The position numbers and the translations under genes are program-made. The notes below the pieces were generated by a model that was given only the letters and a program-made list of their open reading frames with translations, was not told the DNA's origin and did not search any database. Shown piece after piece: positions 1 through 15,996 of a stretch of DNA of 64,000 bases (within the stretch, counting starts at the first letter, position 1; every line of letters begins with the position of its first letter). This DNA is from Alphaproteobacteria bacterium (GTDB lineage Bacteria; Pseudomonadota; Alphaproteobacteria; UBA828), in NCBI GenBank assembly GCA_965220745.1, contig CBDCQT010000005.1:192001-256000 (forward strand), given 5' to 3'.

Positions 1-1782
<1,782 letters not shown>

Positions 1783-1951
1783 GGGCGCGGACGAAACGGT
1801 TCGGGGATCGACTCTGGAATATAGGAGCTTCGCCCGGCGAAGGCGAGAGCCGCCGGTATGCGTAGCCGGCATACGGGGCCGGTTTGAGGCGGTTCGGGCT
1901 ATGGGCTAAAAGTCGTCAGGGTAGCCTGCGAGCACAGAAGGAGTTTGGGTT

Positions 1952-2413
1952 ATGGCGGGTAGCGTCAACAAGGTCATTTTGGTCGGCAACCTGGGACGCG
2001 ACCCCGAAACCCGACAAACACAGGACGGCAGGCCTATCGTCAACATGTCGGTCGCCACCAGTGAGAACTGGCGGGACCGTCAGACCGGGGAGCGGCGCGA
2101 GCGCACCGAGTGGCACCGCGTCGTGATCTTCAACGAGCGCTTGGCCGAGGTCGCGCAGAACTACCTGCGCAAGGGCTCCAAGGTCTATCTCGAAGGCCAG
2201 CTGCAGACCCGCAAGTGGACCGACCAGTCGGGGCAGGAGCGCTACACCACCGAGGTGGTGCTCGGGCGCTTTCGGGGTGAGCTTACGATGCTGGACAGCC
2301 GCGCCGATAGCGGCGGCGGGCGTGACTACGGCGGCGAGCCGGCCGGCGCCCCGGCCACGGCCCGCGACAGCGGCCCGTCATCCACCGACCTGGACGACGA
2401 TATTCCGTTCTAA
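1952..2413 (+). CDS. ssb: Single-stranded DNA-binding protein
   Basis: [26 protein letters not shown], acidic C-terminus DDDIPF. Confidence 0.98.
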   Translation: MAGSVNKVILVGNLGRDPETRQTQDGRPIVNMSVATSENWRDRQTGERRERTEWHRVVIFNERLAEVAQNYLRKGSKVYLEGQLQTRKWTDQSGQERYTTEVVLGRFRGELTMLDSRADSGGGRDYGGEPAGAPATARDSGPSSTDLDDDIPF

Positions 2414-2548
2414 TTGTGAGGAGAATTGCCCCCAACAACGCGGTTCGCGGCGTTGTGAATCAGGGGCGTTTGCGGTAGTCTCTTGGGCGTAAGGACCGAG
2501 TCGCGACGCGCGACCTAATTCCTTGTCTTCCAATAAACTTTCCGGTCA

Positions 2549-5255
<2,707 letters not shown>

Positions 5256-5263
<8 letters not shown>

Positions 5264-5762
5264 GCGGGTCGGCCTCTATCCCGGAACCTTCGACCCGATC
5301 ACCACGGGCCATCAGGACATCATCAGGCGCGCGCTCCGGGTGGTCGACAGACTGGTGGTGGCGGTCGCCGTCAACGCGGGCAAGAACCCGCTGTTCGACG
5401 TGGACGAGCGGGTTGCGCTCACCGCGCAGGATCTCGCAGCGCTCGGGCTCGAGCCGCCGCAGCTGGAAGTGCGCAGCTTCGACAGCTTGCTCATGCATTT
5501 CGTCCACGAGGTGAACGCCACGGTGATCGTGCGCGGGCTCCGGGCTGTTTCCGACTTCGAGTACGAGTTCCAGATGGCGGGCATGAACGCCAGGCTCGAC
5601 CAGGGTGTCGAGACCGTGTTCCTGATGGCCTCGGAGCGGCACCACTTCATCTCCTCGAAGCTGGTCAAGGAGATCGCCTCCCTCGGCGGCGACGTGTCGA
5701 GCTTCGTCTCGCCGCTCATTGCCCAGCGCCTCGCCGAGCGGTTCGGGACGCCGCCTCCCTGA
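5256..5762 (+). CDS. coaD: Phosphopantetheine adenylyltransferase
   Basis: [41 protein letters not shown] 5256 overlaps the gyrA stop. Confidence 0.96.
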
Positions 5763-5786
5763 GGCCGGCGGCGCCGGCGACCATCG

Positions 5787-6815
5787 GTGCGGGTCGACGC
5801 CTTCGATTTCGACCTTCCGCGCGAGGCGATCGCGACGCGCCCCGCGCGCCCGCGCGATTCCGCCCGCCTTCTGGACCTGACCGCCGGCCTCGCCCACCGC
5901 AGCGTCGCAGACCTCCCGGCCCTGCTGCGGCCGGGCGACATGATGGTCTTCAACGACACGCGGGTAATCCCGGCGCGCCTTGCGGGCGTGAGGGGCGGGG
6001 CGCGGGTCGAACTCACCCTGCACCGATGCTTGGGCGACGACCGCTGGTTGGCGTTCGCCAAGCCGGCGAAGCGGCTCCGGCCGGGCGACCGGATCACCTT
6101 TGCCGAAGAGTTCTCGGCCATGGTCGGGGCGCGGGACGGGCCGGAGGTGAGCATTGTCTTCGACCGTGGCGGCGCCGCGCTCGCCGACGCGCTTCAACGC
6201 CACGGCGCCATGCCGCTGCCGCCTTATCTTCGTCGCGCCGCGGACGCGCGCGACCGCGATGACTACCAGACCGTGTTCGCGCGGTGCGAGGGCGCCGTCG
6301 CCGCGCCGACGGCGGGCCTGCATTTCACCGATCGCCTGCTGCAGGCCATCGATGTGCGCGGCATCGCGCGGCGTTTCGTTACGCTCCACGTCGGTGCCGG
6401 CACGTTTCTGCCGATCTCGGTCGAGGACACCGCCGATCACCCGATGCACAGCGAGTCCTGCGTGCTCGCGCGTGACACGGCCGCCGCCATCAACGGCTGC
6501 CGCGCCGCCGGCGGGCGTATCGTCGCGGTGGGTACCACGGTCGTGCGGCTGTTGGAGAGCGCGGCCCGGCCCGACGGCACCGTCGTGGCGTTCGCCGGTG
6601 AGGTCGATCTCTTCATCGAGCCCGGCTACCGCTTCAGGACCGTCGACCTGATGCTTACCAACTTCCACCTGCCCCGCTCAACGCTCTTCATGCTGGTCTG
6701 CGCCTTCGCCGGTACCGAACGGATGAAGGCAGCCTACGCGGAGGCTCTCGCGGCGGGGTATCGTTTCTATTCCTACGGCGATGCCTGCCTTCTTGCGCGC
6801 GGGGAGACAGCGTGA
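5787..6815 (+). CDS. queA: S-adenosylmethionine:tRNA ribosyltransferase-isomerase
   Basis: [60 protein letters not shown]. Confidence 0.97.
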   Translation: MRVDAFDFDLPREAIATRPARPRDSARLLDLTAGLAHRSVADLPALLRPGDMMVFNDTRVIPARLAGVRGGARVELTLHRCLGDDRWLAFAKPAKRLRPGDRITFAEEFSAMVGARDGPEVSIVFDRGGAALADALQRHGAMPLPPYLRRAADARDRDDYQTVFARCEGAVAAPTAGLHFTDRLLQAIDVRGIARRFVTLHVGAGTFLPISVEDTADHPMHSESCVLARDTAAAINGCRAAGGRIVAVGTTVVRLLESAARPDGTVVAFAGEVDLFIEPGYRFRTVDLMLTNFHLPRSTLFMLVCAFAGTERMKAAYAEALAAGYRFYSYGDACLLARGETA

Positions 6816-7930
6816 GCCTCGACTTCACCGTCGAAGCAACCGACGGCCGCGCCCGGCTCGGCCGGCTGAAGACCGCCCACGGACCCGTGCACACGCCTGC
6901 CTTCATGCCCGTGGGGACCCAGGCGGCGGTCAAGGGGCTCACGGTCGATACGGTGCGGGAAAGCGGAGCCAAGATCGTGCTCGCCAACACCTATCACCTG
7001 ATGATCCGCCCCGGCGCGGAACGCATCGCCCGCCTCGGCGGTCTGCACGAATTCATGAACTGGCCGGGGCCCATCCTCACGGATTCGGGCGGCTTTCAGG
7101 TGATGTCGCTCGCCCAGCTCCGCACCGTGCAGGAGGACGGCGTGGTGTTCCGCGCGCACACCGACGGCTCCCGCCATCATCTGACACCGGCAGGCGCCGT
7201 GAAAATCCAGCACGCGCTGGACAGCGATATCACCATGGTGCTGGACGAGTGCACGCCCTATCCGGCGAGCGAGGCGGAGGCGGCCCGTTCCATGCGCCGC
7301 TCCATGCGCTGGGCCGCGCACTGCAAGGAGGCGTTCGTGCAGAGGCCAGGCTACGGGCTCTTCGGCATCGTGCAGGGCAGCGTCTTCCCTGCGCTGCGGG
7401 CGGAATCGGCGGCGGCGCTCGTGGAGATCGGCTTCGACGGCTACGCCGTGGGCGGGCTCGCGGTGGGCGAAGGGCAGGCCCAAATGCTGGCGGTGCTCGA
7501 CGGGCTCGAGGGCGCGTTGCCGGCGGAGCGGCCCCGTTACCTGATGGGGGTGGGCACGCCGGATGACATCGTGAAGGCGGTCTGCCGCGGGATCGATATG
7601 TTCGACTGCGTGCTGCCCACCCGCTCGGGTCGTACCGCGCGCGCCTATACCGCGAGCGGCACCCTCAACATGCGAAACGCCCGCCACGCAGAGGACCCAT
7701 CGCCGGTCGATGCCGCCTGCGCTTGCCCGACTTGCGCGGAGTACAGCCGCGCCTACGTCCACCACCTGTTTCGCACCGGCGAAATGCTCGGCCCCATCTT
7801 GCTGAGCCAGCACAACCTCTACGTCTATCAGCGGCTGATGGCCGACCTGCGCGCCGCGATCGGAGAGGGACGCCTCGATGCCTTCGCAGCGGCGCAGGGA
7901 GGGGACGGGGACGCCGAGGAAGACGACTGA
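6812..7930 (+). CDS. tgt: Queuine tRNA-ribosyltransferase
   Basis: [48 protein letters not shown] and the CxCxxC Zn site. Confidence 0.97.
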   Translation: MSLDFTVEATDGRARLGRLKTAHGPVHTPAFMPVGTQAAVKGLTVDTVRESGAKIVLANTYHLMIRPGAERIARLGGLHEFMNWPGPILTDSGGFQVMSLAQLRTVQEDGVVFRAHTDGSRHHLTPAGAVKIQHALDSDITMVLDECTPYPASEAEAARSMRRSMRWAAHCKEAFVQRPGYGLFGIVQGSVFPALRAESAAALVEIGFDGYAVGGLAVGEGQAQMLAVLDGLEGALPAERPRYLMGVGTPDDIVKAVCRGIDMFDCVLPTRSGRTARAYTASGTLNMRNARHAEDPSPVDAACACPTCAEYSRAYVHHLFRTGEMLGPILLSQHNLYVYQRLMADLRAAIGEGRLDAFAAAQGGDGDAEEDD

Positions 7931-7939
7931 CCGGAGAGG

Positions 7940-8695
7940 TCAGTCGCCGAAGCTCTTCACCCGCTCAGCGGTCTCGGGGTCAAGGAAGCGCCGCACGGTC
8001 GCCTCGGTCTCCAGCGCGAGCGCGCCCTCGATATCGAAGCCGCCCGCCCGGTTGAGCACTCGCTTGAGCTCGCACACCGCTCCTTGAGGCAAGGCGGCAA
8101 TGCGCGCGGCCGTCTCGTGCGCCGTCTCGAACACCGAATCGTCCGGCACTACGCGCCAGGCGAGGCCCATCTTGTGCGCTTCCGCGGCACTGAAGGTTTC
8201 GCCGAGCAATAGCAGTTCGCGGGTCTTCGCCAGCCCTACGATGCGCGGCAGGATCGCCGTCACGCCGCCGGTCGGGAACATGCCCCACTTGATCTCGGGA
8301 AAGAAACATTTGGTGCCTTCGCCGAAGACGGCGAGATCGCAGTTGATCGCCCATTCCAGCCCGCCGCCCACCGCCCAGCCATGAATGGCGCCGACCACCA
8401 CTTTGTCACCCAGAACCAAGCGGCGCGAAACCTCCTGGATCGCCTCGATGAAGGCTCGGGTCTCCGCCTCGCCGGCAGTCTGGTTCTCGATGTCCTTGAG
8501 GTCGTCGCCGGAGCAGAAGGCACGCCCTGCGCCGCGCAGGACCAGCGCGCCCACCCCATCGTCGGCAAGCACGTCGTCCAGTGCTGCACAGAGATCGGCG
8601 AGCAGTGTCGCGTTGAGCGCGTTGAGCCGCTCCGGCCGGTTGAGCGTGAGCGTGGCGACCCCCGCCGTCACGCCGGTGAGGACGGTACCCGCCAT
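7940..8695 (-). CDS. Enoyl-CoA hydratase/isomerase (crotonase) family protein
   Basis: TLNRPERLNAL, AFCSGDDL, GWAVGGGLE, FPEIKWG. Confidence 0.88.
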   Translation of the reverse strand: MAGTVLTGVTAGVATLTLNRPERLNALNATLLADLCAALDDVLADDGVGALVLRGAGRAFCSGDDLKDIENQTAGEAETRAFIEAIQEVSRRLVLGDKVVVGAIHGWAVGGGLEWAINCDLAVFGEGTKCFFPEIKWGMFPTGGVTAILPRIVGLAKTRELLLLGETFSAAEAHKMGLAWRVVPDDSVFETAHETAARIAALPQGAVCELKRVLNRAGGFDIEGALALETEATVRRFLDPETAERVKSFGD

Positions 8696-8697
8696 CT

Positions 8698-9996
8698 TCA
8701 ATTCTCCCTGATCAGTCGCTGCGTCTTGCCGCCGGTGCGCGGCAGCGAGCCGGGCGGCAGCAGGGTCACGATGGCCGAGGCGCGGAGCGTCGCCTTGATC
8801 GCCTCTTCCACGCGCGCAGCCAGCGCTTCCGAGGCCTCGGCGCCTTCCGCCATTTCGGCATCCACCGGCAGCCGGTCGTAGGGTCCGCTCCCCTTGAGGC
8901 GGATACGGAACTCGCCCGAGAGCGCGTCGAACCCGGCGATCACGCCGCCGACGGCGGTCGGGAAGATGTTGACGCCGCGCACCACCACCATGTCGTCGCT
9001 ACGCCCGAGAACACGGAAGCGGGTCGCCGCGCGCCCGCAGGTGCAGAGGCCTGTGCCCGTGATGACGATCACGTCGTTGGTGCGAAAGCGCACCAGTGGT
9101 TGCGCCTCGCGCTTCAGGTGCGTCAGCACCAGCTCGCCGCTCGCGCCCTCCCGCCACGCCACCGGATCGCCGCTCTCCGGCTCGATCAGCTCCGGGTACA
9201 GCACATCCTCGCCCAGGAAGTGCAGGTCGTTGTTGGCCCAGCACTGGCTCGCGAAATTGCTGAACACGTCTGAGACGCCGTAGTTGGCGTTGCGCGCGGT
9301 AAAGCCCCAGACGCTCTCCAGACGCCCGCGGAAGTTCGGGTCGTCCAGGCCCGCCTCGCCGCCGAAGAGACCGAGCGTGAGCTCCAGATCGCGCGGCGCG
9401 AGGCCCGGGAAGTGTTCCGCGATCGTCCGCTCCAGGGCGGCAGGGTAGGAGGGTGTGCAATGGATCACACGGACCTTGAGGTCGAGGATCGTGCGAATCA
9501 GGAGCTGGCTTTCGCCCGCGCCGAAGGGAATCACCGTCGCGCCTGCGGCTTCGAGGGAGAGATGGTCGCTCACGCCGCCCATCCACATCCGGTAGTTGAG
9601 GCAGTGGACGGTGAGCGTGCCGGTGGTGAGCCCCGCGGCCTGGAAGCAGCGCGCGCCGATCGCGGCCGTCTGCGCCGCGTCGGCCTCCGTCTGAGCGATG
9701 TTCATGGCCTGGCCCGTGGTGCCGGAGGTGCGATGCAGGCGGATGACGAACTCACGCACGGCCGCGAGGTAGTCGCCGAAGGGCGGATGTGCGGCCTGGG
9801 ATTCCCGCAGCATCGCCTTGTTGCAGAGGGGGAGCGCGGGCAGGTCCTCCAGCCGCTCCGGCACGTGCCGGCCGGCCCACAGCTTGGCGAAGAAAGGTGA
9901 TTGGCGGACGACGTAGGCCCGCTGGTCCTGCCAGCGCCCTTGCTGGAGCGCGGCATTCTCCTCTGGCGGCCGAAGCGCCTCACTTACAGGGCTCAT
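8698..9996 (-). CDS. Phenylacetate-CoA ligase (PaaK)-family acyl-CoA ligase
   Basis: RLHRTSGTTG, YGVSD, GELVLTHL, PLVRFRTND, GRSDDMVVVRGVNIFP. Confidence 0.85.
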   Translation of the reverse strand: MSPVSEALRPPEENAALQQGRWQDQRAYVVRQSPFFAKLWAGRHVPERLEDLPALPLCNKAMLRESQAAHPPFGDYLAAVREFVIRLHRTSGTTGQAMNIAQTEADAAQTAAIGARCFQAAGLTTGTLTVHCLNYRMWMGGVSDHLSLEAAGATVIPFGAGESQLLIRTILDLKVRVIHCTPSYPAALERTIAEHFPGLAPRDLELTLGLFGGEAGLDDPNFRGRLESVWGFTARNANYGVSDVFSNFASQCWANNDLHFLGEDVLYPELIEPESGDPVAWREGASGELVLTHLKREAQPLVRFRTNDVIVITGTGLCTCGRAATRFRVLGRSDDMVVVRGVNIFPTAVGGVIAGFDALSGEFRIRLKGSGPYDRLPVDAEMAEGAEASEALAARVEEAIKATLRASAIVTLLPPGSLPRTGGKTQRLIREN

Positions 9997-10036
9997 CCGG
10001 TGCGCCCGCGCGCTTGCGGCCTTGTCTGTGACCGGC

Positions 10037-13000
10037 TCAGGCGATCTCGGCTTGCGCCTCGTCGACCAGCGGGTGGGACAGACGGGAAATCATCTCCCGC
10101 GGGCAGATCTGCCAGAAGTTGCCGATCTCCAGGGTCCAGTCGGCGAGCAGGCGTTCGCTGTAGCGCGAGCGGGTCTCTGCATGGTGCTCCTCGACCAGGG
10201 CCCGGCACTCGCGTTCCCAGTGGACGCTGGCGATGCGTTGCCAGACCACCGTGTCGGCATTGACCCGCCGCTCGAAGGTGGCATCGGGGTCATAGACGAA
10301 GGCCATGCCGCCGGTCATGCCAGCGGCGAAATTGTCGCCCACGGGCCCCAGGATGACCGCAATGCCGCCGGTCATGTATTCGCACCCGTTCGAGCCGCAG
10401 CCCTCCACCACAGCGCGCGCGCCCGAGTTGCGCACGCAGAAGCGTTCGCCCGCCTGGCCGGCGGCGAACAGCTTTCCGCTGGTGGCACCGTAGAGGACCA
10501 CATTGCCGATGATCGTGTTCTCGTTGGAGGCGAGCGGGCTCGAGGTCGGCAGGCGCAAGACGATGGTGCCGCCCGAGAGGCCCTTGCCCACATAGTCGTT
10601 GGCGTCGCCGCTCACCACGATCTTGAGGCCCTGGACGGCCCAGGCGCCGAGCGACTGGCCGGCGGAGCCACGCAGGCTCACCGTGAAGTAGTCAGGCGGC
10701 AGCCCCGACATGCCGAAGCGGCGGGTCAGGTGGGACGAGAGCTTGGCCCCGATCGTGCGGTGCGTGTTGCTCATCGTGTAGGCGAGCTGCATCTTCTCCG
10801 GCACTTCCAGCGCGTCGTCGGCGTCGCTGATGATCTGCTCGTCGAGGGTGCCGGGCACCTCGATCCGTCCCTTGCGCGTGGAGTGGCGGGGGTGGCCGCC
10901 GGGGTCCGCCTGGGCGAGCAGCGGGTTGAGATCGAGATCGTCGAGATCGGCGCTGCCGCGGCTGACTTGGCGTAGCAGGTCGGTGCGGCCGACAATCTCG
11001 TGAAGCGTCGCCACCCCGAGCGACGCCAGAATCTCGCGCACCTCCTCGCCGATGAAGGTGAACAGGTTGACCACTTTCTCCGGCGTGCCCTCGAACTTGG
11101 CGCGGAGCGCGGGGTCCTGCGTGCACACTCCCACCGGGCAGGTGTTGCTGTGACACTGGCGCACAAGAATGCAGCCCATGGCGACCAGCGAGGTGGTGCC
11201 GATGCCGAATTCCTCAGCCCCCAGCATGGCGGCGGTGACCACGTCGCGGCCGGTCTTGATGCCGCCGTCGACCCGGAGCGTCACGGTGTGGCGCAGGCGG
11301 TTGAGGGTCAGGACCTGATGCACCTCGGCGAGACCCATCTCCCAGGGCACGCCGGCGTATTTCACGCTGCTCTGGGGCGAGGCGCCGGTGCCGCCGTCGT
11401 GGCCCGAGACCAGAACCACGTCGGCCTTCGCCTTGGCGACGCCGGCGGCGATGGTGCCGATGCCGGCCTCGGCCACGAGCTTGACCGTGACTCTGGCGTT
11501 CGGGTTGATCTGCTTCAGGTCGTAGATCAACTGGGCCAGATCCTCGATCGAGTAGATGTCGTGGTGCGGCGGCGGCGAGATCAGCGTCACCCCCGGCGTC
11601 GAATGGCGCAGCTTGGCGATCTCCTCCGACACCTTGAAGCCCGGCAGCTGGCCGCCTTCGCCGGGCTTCGCCCCTTGCGCCATCTTGATCTCGATCTCGC
11701 GGCAGTGGTTCAGGTACTCCGCGGTCACGCCGAAGCGGGCGGACGCAATCTGCTTGGTCGCGGACGACGCGTTGTCGCCGTTGTCGCGCGGCTCGAAGCG
11801 CTCCCGCGCCTCGCCACCCTCGCCACTGCAGGACGCAGCCCCGATGCGGTTCATGGCGATGGCCAGCGTCTCGTGCGCCTCCTTGGAGAGCGCGCCGTGC
11901 GACATGCTGCCGCTGCTGAAGCGCTTGCGGATCTGAGTGATCGATTCCACTTCGTCGAGACCGATCTCGGGCCTGTCGGACTCGAAGCCCAGGAGGTTAC
12001 GAATCTGGATCGGCGGCAGCGCGTACACGCCCTCGGCATACTTCTTGTAGGTCGCGTAAGAGTCGGCCGCGAGCGCCGACTGGAGCATGTGGATGAGCGG
12101 TCCGTCGAAGGCGTGTATCTCGCCCGAGCGGCGGTACTTGAGGAGGCCGCCCACCGGCAGCACCACAGGGCTCTCCTCGTAGGCCTTGCGGTGCTGGTGC
12201 AGCACGCGGCGCTTGATGCCGCTGAGTCCGATGCCGGAAAGCCGCGCCGTCATGCCGGGGAAGAAATCTGCGACCAACGCCCGGCTGAGTCCGACGGACT
12301 CGAAGTTGTAGCCGCTGCGGTATGAGCTCAGCACCGAAATGCCCATCTTGGAGAGGATTTTGAGCAATCCCGCATCCACCGCGCGGCGATAACGGTCCTC
12401 GCAGTCCGCCAGGCTGCGGTTGCCGAAGAGCCCGCGTTCCTGCCTGTCGGCCAGGCTTTCGAGCGCGAGGTAGGGGTTGATCGAGGTCGCGCCCACCCCG
12501 ATCAGGACGGCGAAATAGTGGACGTCGAGGCACTCGGCGGCGCGCACGTTGATCGAGGTGAAGGTCCTGAGCCGCTGGCGCACCAGGTGGCTGTGCACCC
12601 CGCCGGCCGCCAGGATCATGGGGATCGGCGCACGCTCTTCCGAGACATGCTCGTCTGTCAGGATGAGGTGGGTTGCGCCGCCGCGCACGGCTTCCTCCGC
12701 CTGCGCGCGGATGCGCTCCATTGCCGCAGTGAGCCGACCGCGGCCAGGGGACGCATCGAAGCTGCAGTCGATCCACACCGCCTTGTCGCCCAGAAGCTCG
12801 GTCAGGCCCTTGAATTCGCCGTTGGTGAGGACCGGCGAATCCAGTTGCAACAACGCGGTCTGCTCGGGCTCGCCGGCGAAGATGTTGCCCATGTTGCCGA
12901 GCCGGGTGAGCAGGCTCATGACGCTGTATTCGCGCAGGGAGTCGATCGGCGGGTTGGTCACCTGCGCGAACATCTGGCGGAAATAGTGATGCAAGCCTCG

Positions 13001-14551
13001 ATACTGGCCCGAGAGCACGGCGAGCGGCGTGTCGTCGCCCATCGAGCCAGTCGGCTCCTTGCCGGCTTCCACCATGGGATGGAGCACCAGTTCGAGCTCC
13101 TCCATGGAATAGCCCACCATGCGCTGGCGTAGCCGGAGCTCGTCGCGCGAGAACATGCGGGGCGCCGCCGTGCCGGAGACCAGCGCGCTCGCGTCGACCA
13201 CGTCTGCGACCCATGCCGCGTATGGCTTGGCCTCCGCGAGCATGTCCTTCATCTCACGGTCGTGATAGAGGCGGCCTTCGGAGAGATCGACGCAGATCAT
13301 CTGGCCGGGGCCCAGGCGGCCGTTCTCGGTAATGCGCTCGGGCGCGATGGGGACCATGCCGGTCTCGGAGCCGACAACGAGCATCCCGTCGGCGGTGACG
13401 CTGTAGCGCATGGGGCGAAGCCCGTTGCGATCCATGCCGGCGAGAATCCAGGTGCCGTCCGTCGCGGCGATGGCCGCCGGGCCGTCCCACGGCTCCATCA
13501 CGCAGTTGCAGAAGTTGTAGAAGGCGCGGTGGTGGGCCGGCATGTCCTGCTTCTTGGACCAGGCGTCGGGGATCAGCAGGCTGTGGGCCGCCGGCACCGA
13601 GCGCCCGGCCCGCACCACGCCTTCGAGTACGGCGTCGAGCGCCATGGAATCCGACGAGTCCGGCTCGATCAGCGGAAAGAGCTCGCTGTTGTGGGCGCCG
13701 AAGACGTCGCTCGCAGCGCGCGTCTCGTGATTCGCCATCCAGTTCTTGTTGCCGCGAATCGTGTTGATCTCGCCGTTGTGGGCGAGCATGCGGAAGGGCT
13801 GTGCCAGCCGCCACGTGGGGAAGGTGTTGGTCGAGTAGCGCTGGTGGAAGATCGCGAAGCGCGACACGAAGCGCTCGTCGAGCAGGTCCGGATAGAACGC
13901 CGTGAGCTGCTCGGCCAGGAACATACCCTTGTAGATGAGCGAGCGGCACGAGAGAGAGCAGATGTAGAAGCCGGTGATGTGACGGTCGAGCACCTGCTTC
14001 TCGATGCGCCGGCGGATGATGTAGAGGTCGATCTCGAACTGGTCGTCGTCGACATCGCGCCGGTTGACGATCATCACCTGTTCGATCTCGGGCCGAGCGG
14101 CGTTCGCCTTCTCCCCAATCACCGAGGAATCAATCGGCACCTGGCGCCAGCCCACGATGCCGTGGCCGAAACGGAGGATCTCGGTCTCGACGACGCTGCG
14201 GCAAAGGTCTTGCGCGCCGAGGTCGGTCTTGGGCAGGAAGACCATGCCGACGGCGAGCCGCCCGCCTTTGGGGCTCTGGCCCGTCGCCTCTATATGCTCC
14301 CGGAAGAAGTCTTGCGGAATCTCGACGTGGATGCCGGCGCCGTCTCCGGTTTTGCCGTCGGCGTCCACCGCGCCCCGGTGCCACACGGCCTTGAGCGCCG
14401 CGATGCCGGCCTCGACCACGTCGCGCCGCGGCGTGCCGTCGAGCGCGGCGATCAGCCCGACCCCGCAGGAATCGTGCTCGAAAGAGGGGTCGTAGAGGCC
14501 GAAGCCCTGACCGGCCTCCGCGGCATGGGGATGGTGCTGTCGCTCCTTCAT
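10037..14551 (-). CDS. gltB: Glutamate synthase large subunit
   Basis: EHDSCGVG (N-terminal Cys nucleophile), HQRYSTNTFP, EPWDGPA, QGAKPGEGGQLPG, CHSNTCPVGVC; 1504 aa. Confidence 0.98.
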   Translation of the reverse strand: MKERQHHPHAAEAGQGFGLYDPSFEHDSCGVGLIAALDGTPRRDVVEAGIAALKAVWHRGAVDADGKTGDGAGIHVEIPQDFFREHIEATGQSPKGGRLAVGMVFLPKTDLGAQDLCRSVVETEILRFGHGIVGWRQVPIDSSVIGEKANAARPEIEQVMIVNRRDVDDDQFEIDLYIIRRRIEKQVLDRHITGFYICSLSCRSLIYKGMFLAEQLTAFYPDLLDERFVSRFAIFHQRYSTNTFPTWRLAQPFRMLAHNGEINTIRGNKNWMANHETRAASDVFGAHNSELFPLIEPDSSDSMALDAVLEGVVRAGRSVPAAHSLLIPDAWSKKQDMPAHHRAFYNFCNCVMEPWDGPAAIAATDGTWILAGMDRNGLRPMRYSVTADGMLVVGSETGMVPIAPERITENGRLGPGQMICVDLSEGRLYHDREMKDMLAEAKPYAAWVADVVDASALVSGTAAPRMFSRDELRLRQRMVGYSMEELELVLHPMVEAGKEPTGSMGDDTPLAVLSGQYRGLHHYFRQMFAQVTNPPIDSLREYSVMSLLTRLGNMGNIFAGEPEQTALLQLDSPVLTNGEFKGLTELLGDKAVWIDCSFDASPGRGRLTAAMERIRAQAEEAVRGGATHLILTDEHVSEERAPIPMILAAGGVHSHLVRQRLRTFTSINVRAAECLDVHYFAVLIGVGATSINPYLALESLADRQERGLFGNRSLADCEDRYRRAVDAGLLKILSKMGISVLSSYRSGYNFESVGLSRALVADFFPGMTARLSGIGLSGIKRRVLHQHRKAYEESPVVLPVGGLLKYRRSGEIHAFDGPLIHMLQSALAADSYATYKKYAEGVYALPPIQIRNLLGFESDRPEIGLDEVESITQIRKRFSSGSMSHGALSKEAHETLAIAMNRIGAASCSGEGGEARERFEPRDNGDNASSATKQIASARFGVTAEYLNHCREIEIKMAQGAKPGEGGQLPGFKVSEEIAKLRHSTPGVTLISPPPHHDIYSIEDLAQLIYDLKQINPNARVTVKLVAEAGIGTIAAGVAKAKADVVLVSGHDGGTGASPQSSVKYAGVPWEMGLAEVHQVLTLNRLRHTVTLRVDGGIKTGRDVVTAAMLGAEEFGIGTTSLVAMGCILVRQCHSNTCPVGVCTQDPALRAKFEGTPEKVVNLFTFIGEEVREILASLGVATLHEIVGRTDLLRQVSRGSADLDDLDLNPLLAQADPGGHPRHSTRKGRIEVPGTLDEQIISDADDALEVPEKMQLAYTMSNTHRTIGAKLSSHLTRRFGMSGLPPDYFTVSLRGSAGQSLGAWAVQGLKIVVSGDANDYVGKGLSGGTIVLRLPTSSPLASNENTIIGNVVLYGATSGKLFAAGQAGERFCVRNSGARAVVEGCGSNGCEYMTGGIAVILGPVGDNFAAGMTGGMAFVYDPDATFERRVNADTVVWQRIASVHWERECRALVEEHHAETRSRYSERLLADWTLEIGNFWQICPREMISRLSHPLVDEAQAEIA

Positions 14552-15996
14552 GCGGCTGCCTCCCTCACGCCATCGCGTTCGTCCGCGTTTGCCTGAATGT
14601 GGCGGTGAATGGAGCGCGCGGCGTCGCGTCCGTCCTTGATCGCCCAGACCACCAGCGAGGCGCCGCGCACGATGTCGCCGATGGCGAAGACGCCGTCGAG
14701 GCTCGTCATCATGGTGCGCCAGTCGATCAGCAGCGTGCCCCAGCGCGTCGTCTTCAGTGTGGGCTCGCCGAAGAAGGTCGGCAGGTCCTCGGGGTCGAAG
14801 CCCAAAGCCTTGATGAGCAGGTCGGCGTCGATGGAGTAGCTCGAGCCGGGGATGGGCTGGGGCGTCTGCCGCCCGCTCGCGTCGGCGACGCCGAGGTGGA
14901 TGCGCACCGCGCGCACGCCCTGGACCAACGTATCGCCGAGCACGGCCTCGGGCGCAGACAGCCAGACGAACTCGACTCCCTCTTCCTCGGCGTGGCGTAC
15001 CTCCTGCATCGAGCCCGGCATGTTCACGCGATCCCGCCGGTAGAGGCAGCGCACCGAGCGCGCGCCCTGGCGCACCGCCGTGCGCACGCAGTCCATCGCC
15101 GTGTCACCGCCGCCGACGACCACGACATTCTTGCCAGTGGCGTCCAGCGTGCCGTCGTCGAAGGCCGGCACCGCATCGCCCAAGCCCTTGCGGTTGCTGG
15201 CGGTGAGGTAGTCCATCGCCTGGAAGATGTTGCCGAGGCCGATCCCCGGCAGGGACACGTCGCGCGCCTTGTAGGCGCCGGTCGCGATCACCACCGCATC
15301 GTGCTGCGCGCGCAGCTCCGCGAGCGAACAGTCGCGCCCGACCTCGACGTTGAGGTGCATGTGCACGCCGCCCTCGATGAGCAGGTCGGCCCGGCGCTGA
15401 ACGATGGACTTCTCCAGCTTGAAGTTCGGAATTCCGTAGATCAGCAGTCCGCCGACCCGGTCGTAGCGGTCGTAGATATGGGCCTGATAGCCCATGCGGC
15501 GCAGCTCCTCGGCGACCGTCAGGCCACCGGGGCCGGCACCGACGATGCCCACCGACTGCGAGCGCTCCGCCCTGGGCTTCGGCGGCTTGACCCAGCCATT
15601 GTGGAAGGCGGTGTCGGTGATGTAGCGCTCCACGGCGCCGATGGTGACCGACTCGAAGCCCTTTTCGATCACGCAGTTGCCTTCGCAGAGGCGATCCTGC
15701 GGGCAGATGCGGCCGCAGATCTCGGGCATGTTGTTGGTCGCCGACGAAATCTCGTAGGCCTCTTCCAGCCGTCCTTCGGCCGTCAGCATCAGCCAGTCGG
15801 GGATGTTGTTCGAGACCGGGCAGTGAATCTGACAAAAGGGGACGCCGCACTGAGAGCAGCGCGCGGCCTGATCAGCCGCCGCCTCGGGCCGGAAGTCCTC
15901 GTAGACCTCGCCCCAGTCGCGGCGGCGGAGCGCCGGCGCCCGCTTGTCCGGGTGCTCTTGCTCCAGCGTCACGAATTTGAGCATTTCTGCGCCCAC
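14548..15996 (-). CDS. gltD: Glutamate synthase small subunit
   Basis: RCSQCGVPFCQIHCP, GRICPQDRLCEGNC, GAGPGG, YGIPNFKL, GGGDTAMDC, GDIVRGASLVVWA. GTG 15996 follows a GGAGA RBS; stop overlaps the gltB start. Confidence 0.96.
   Translation of the reverse strand: MGAEMLKFVTLEQEHPDKRAPALRRRDWGEVYEDFRPEAAADQAARCSQCGVPFCQIHCPVSNNIPDWLMLTAEGRLEEAYEISSATNNMPEICGRICPQDRLCEGNCVIEKGFESVTIGAVERYITDTAFHNGWVKPPKPRAERSQSVGIVGAGPGGLTVAEELRRMGYQAHIYDRYDRVGGLLIYGIPNFKLEKSIVQRRADLLIEGGVHMHLNVEVGRDCSLAELRAQHDAVVIATGAYKARDVSLPGIGLGNIFQAMDYLTASNRKGLGDAVPAFDDGTLDATGKNVVVVGGGDTAMDCVRTAVRQGARSVRCLYRRDRVNMPGSMQEVRHAEEEGVEFVWLSAPEAVLGDTLVQGVRAVRIHLGVADASGRQTPQPIPGSSYSIDADLLIKALGFDPEDLPTFFGEPTLKTTRWGTLLIDWRTMMTSLDGVFAIGDIVRGASLVVWAIKDGRDAARSIHRHIQANADERDGVREAAA

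Noticed and set aside
1783-1951. Possible alphaproteobacterial LexA box (GTTC-N7-GTTC) between uvrA and ssb
   Set aside because: The best match, GTTT-N6-GTTC, has the wrong spacing; not supportable.
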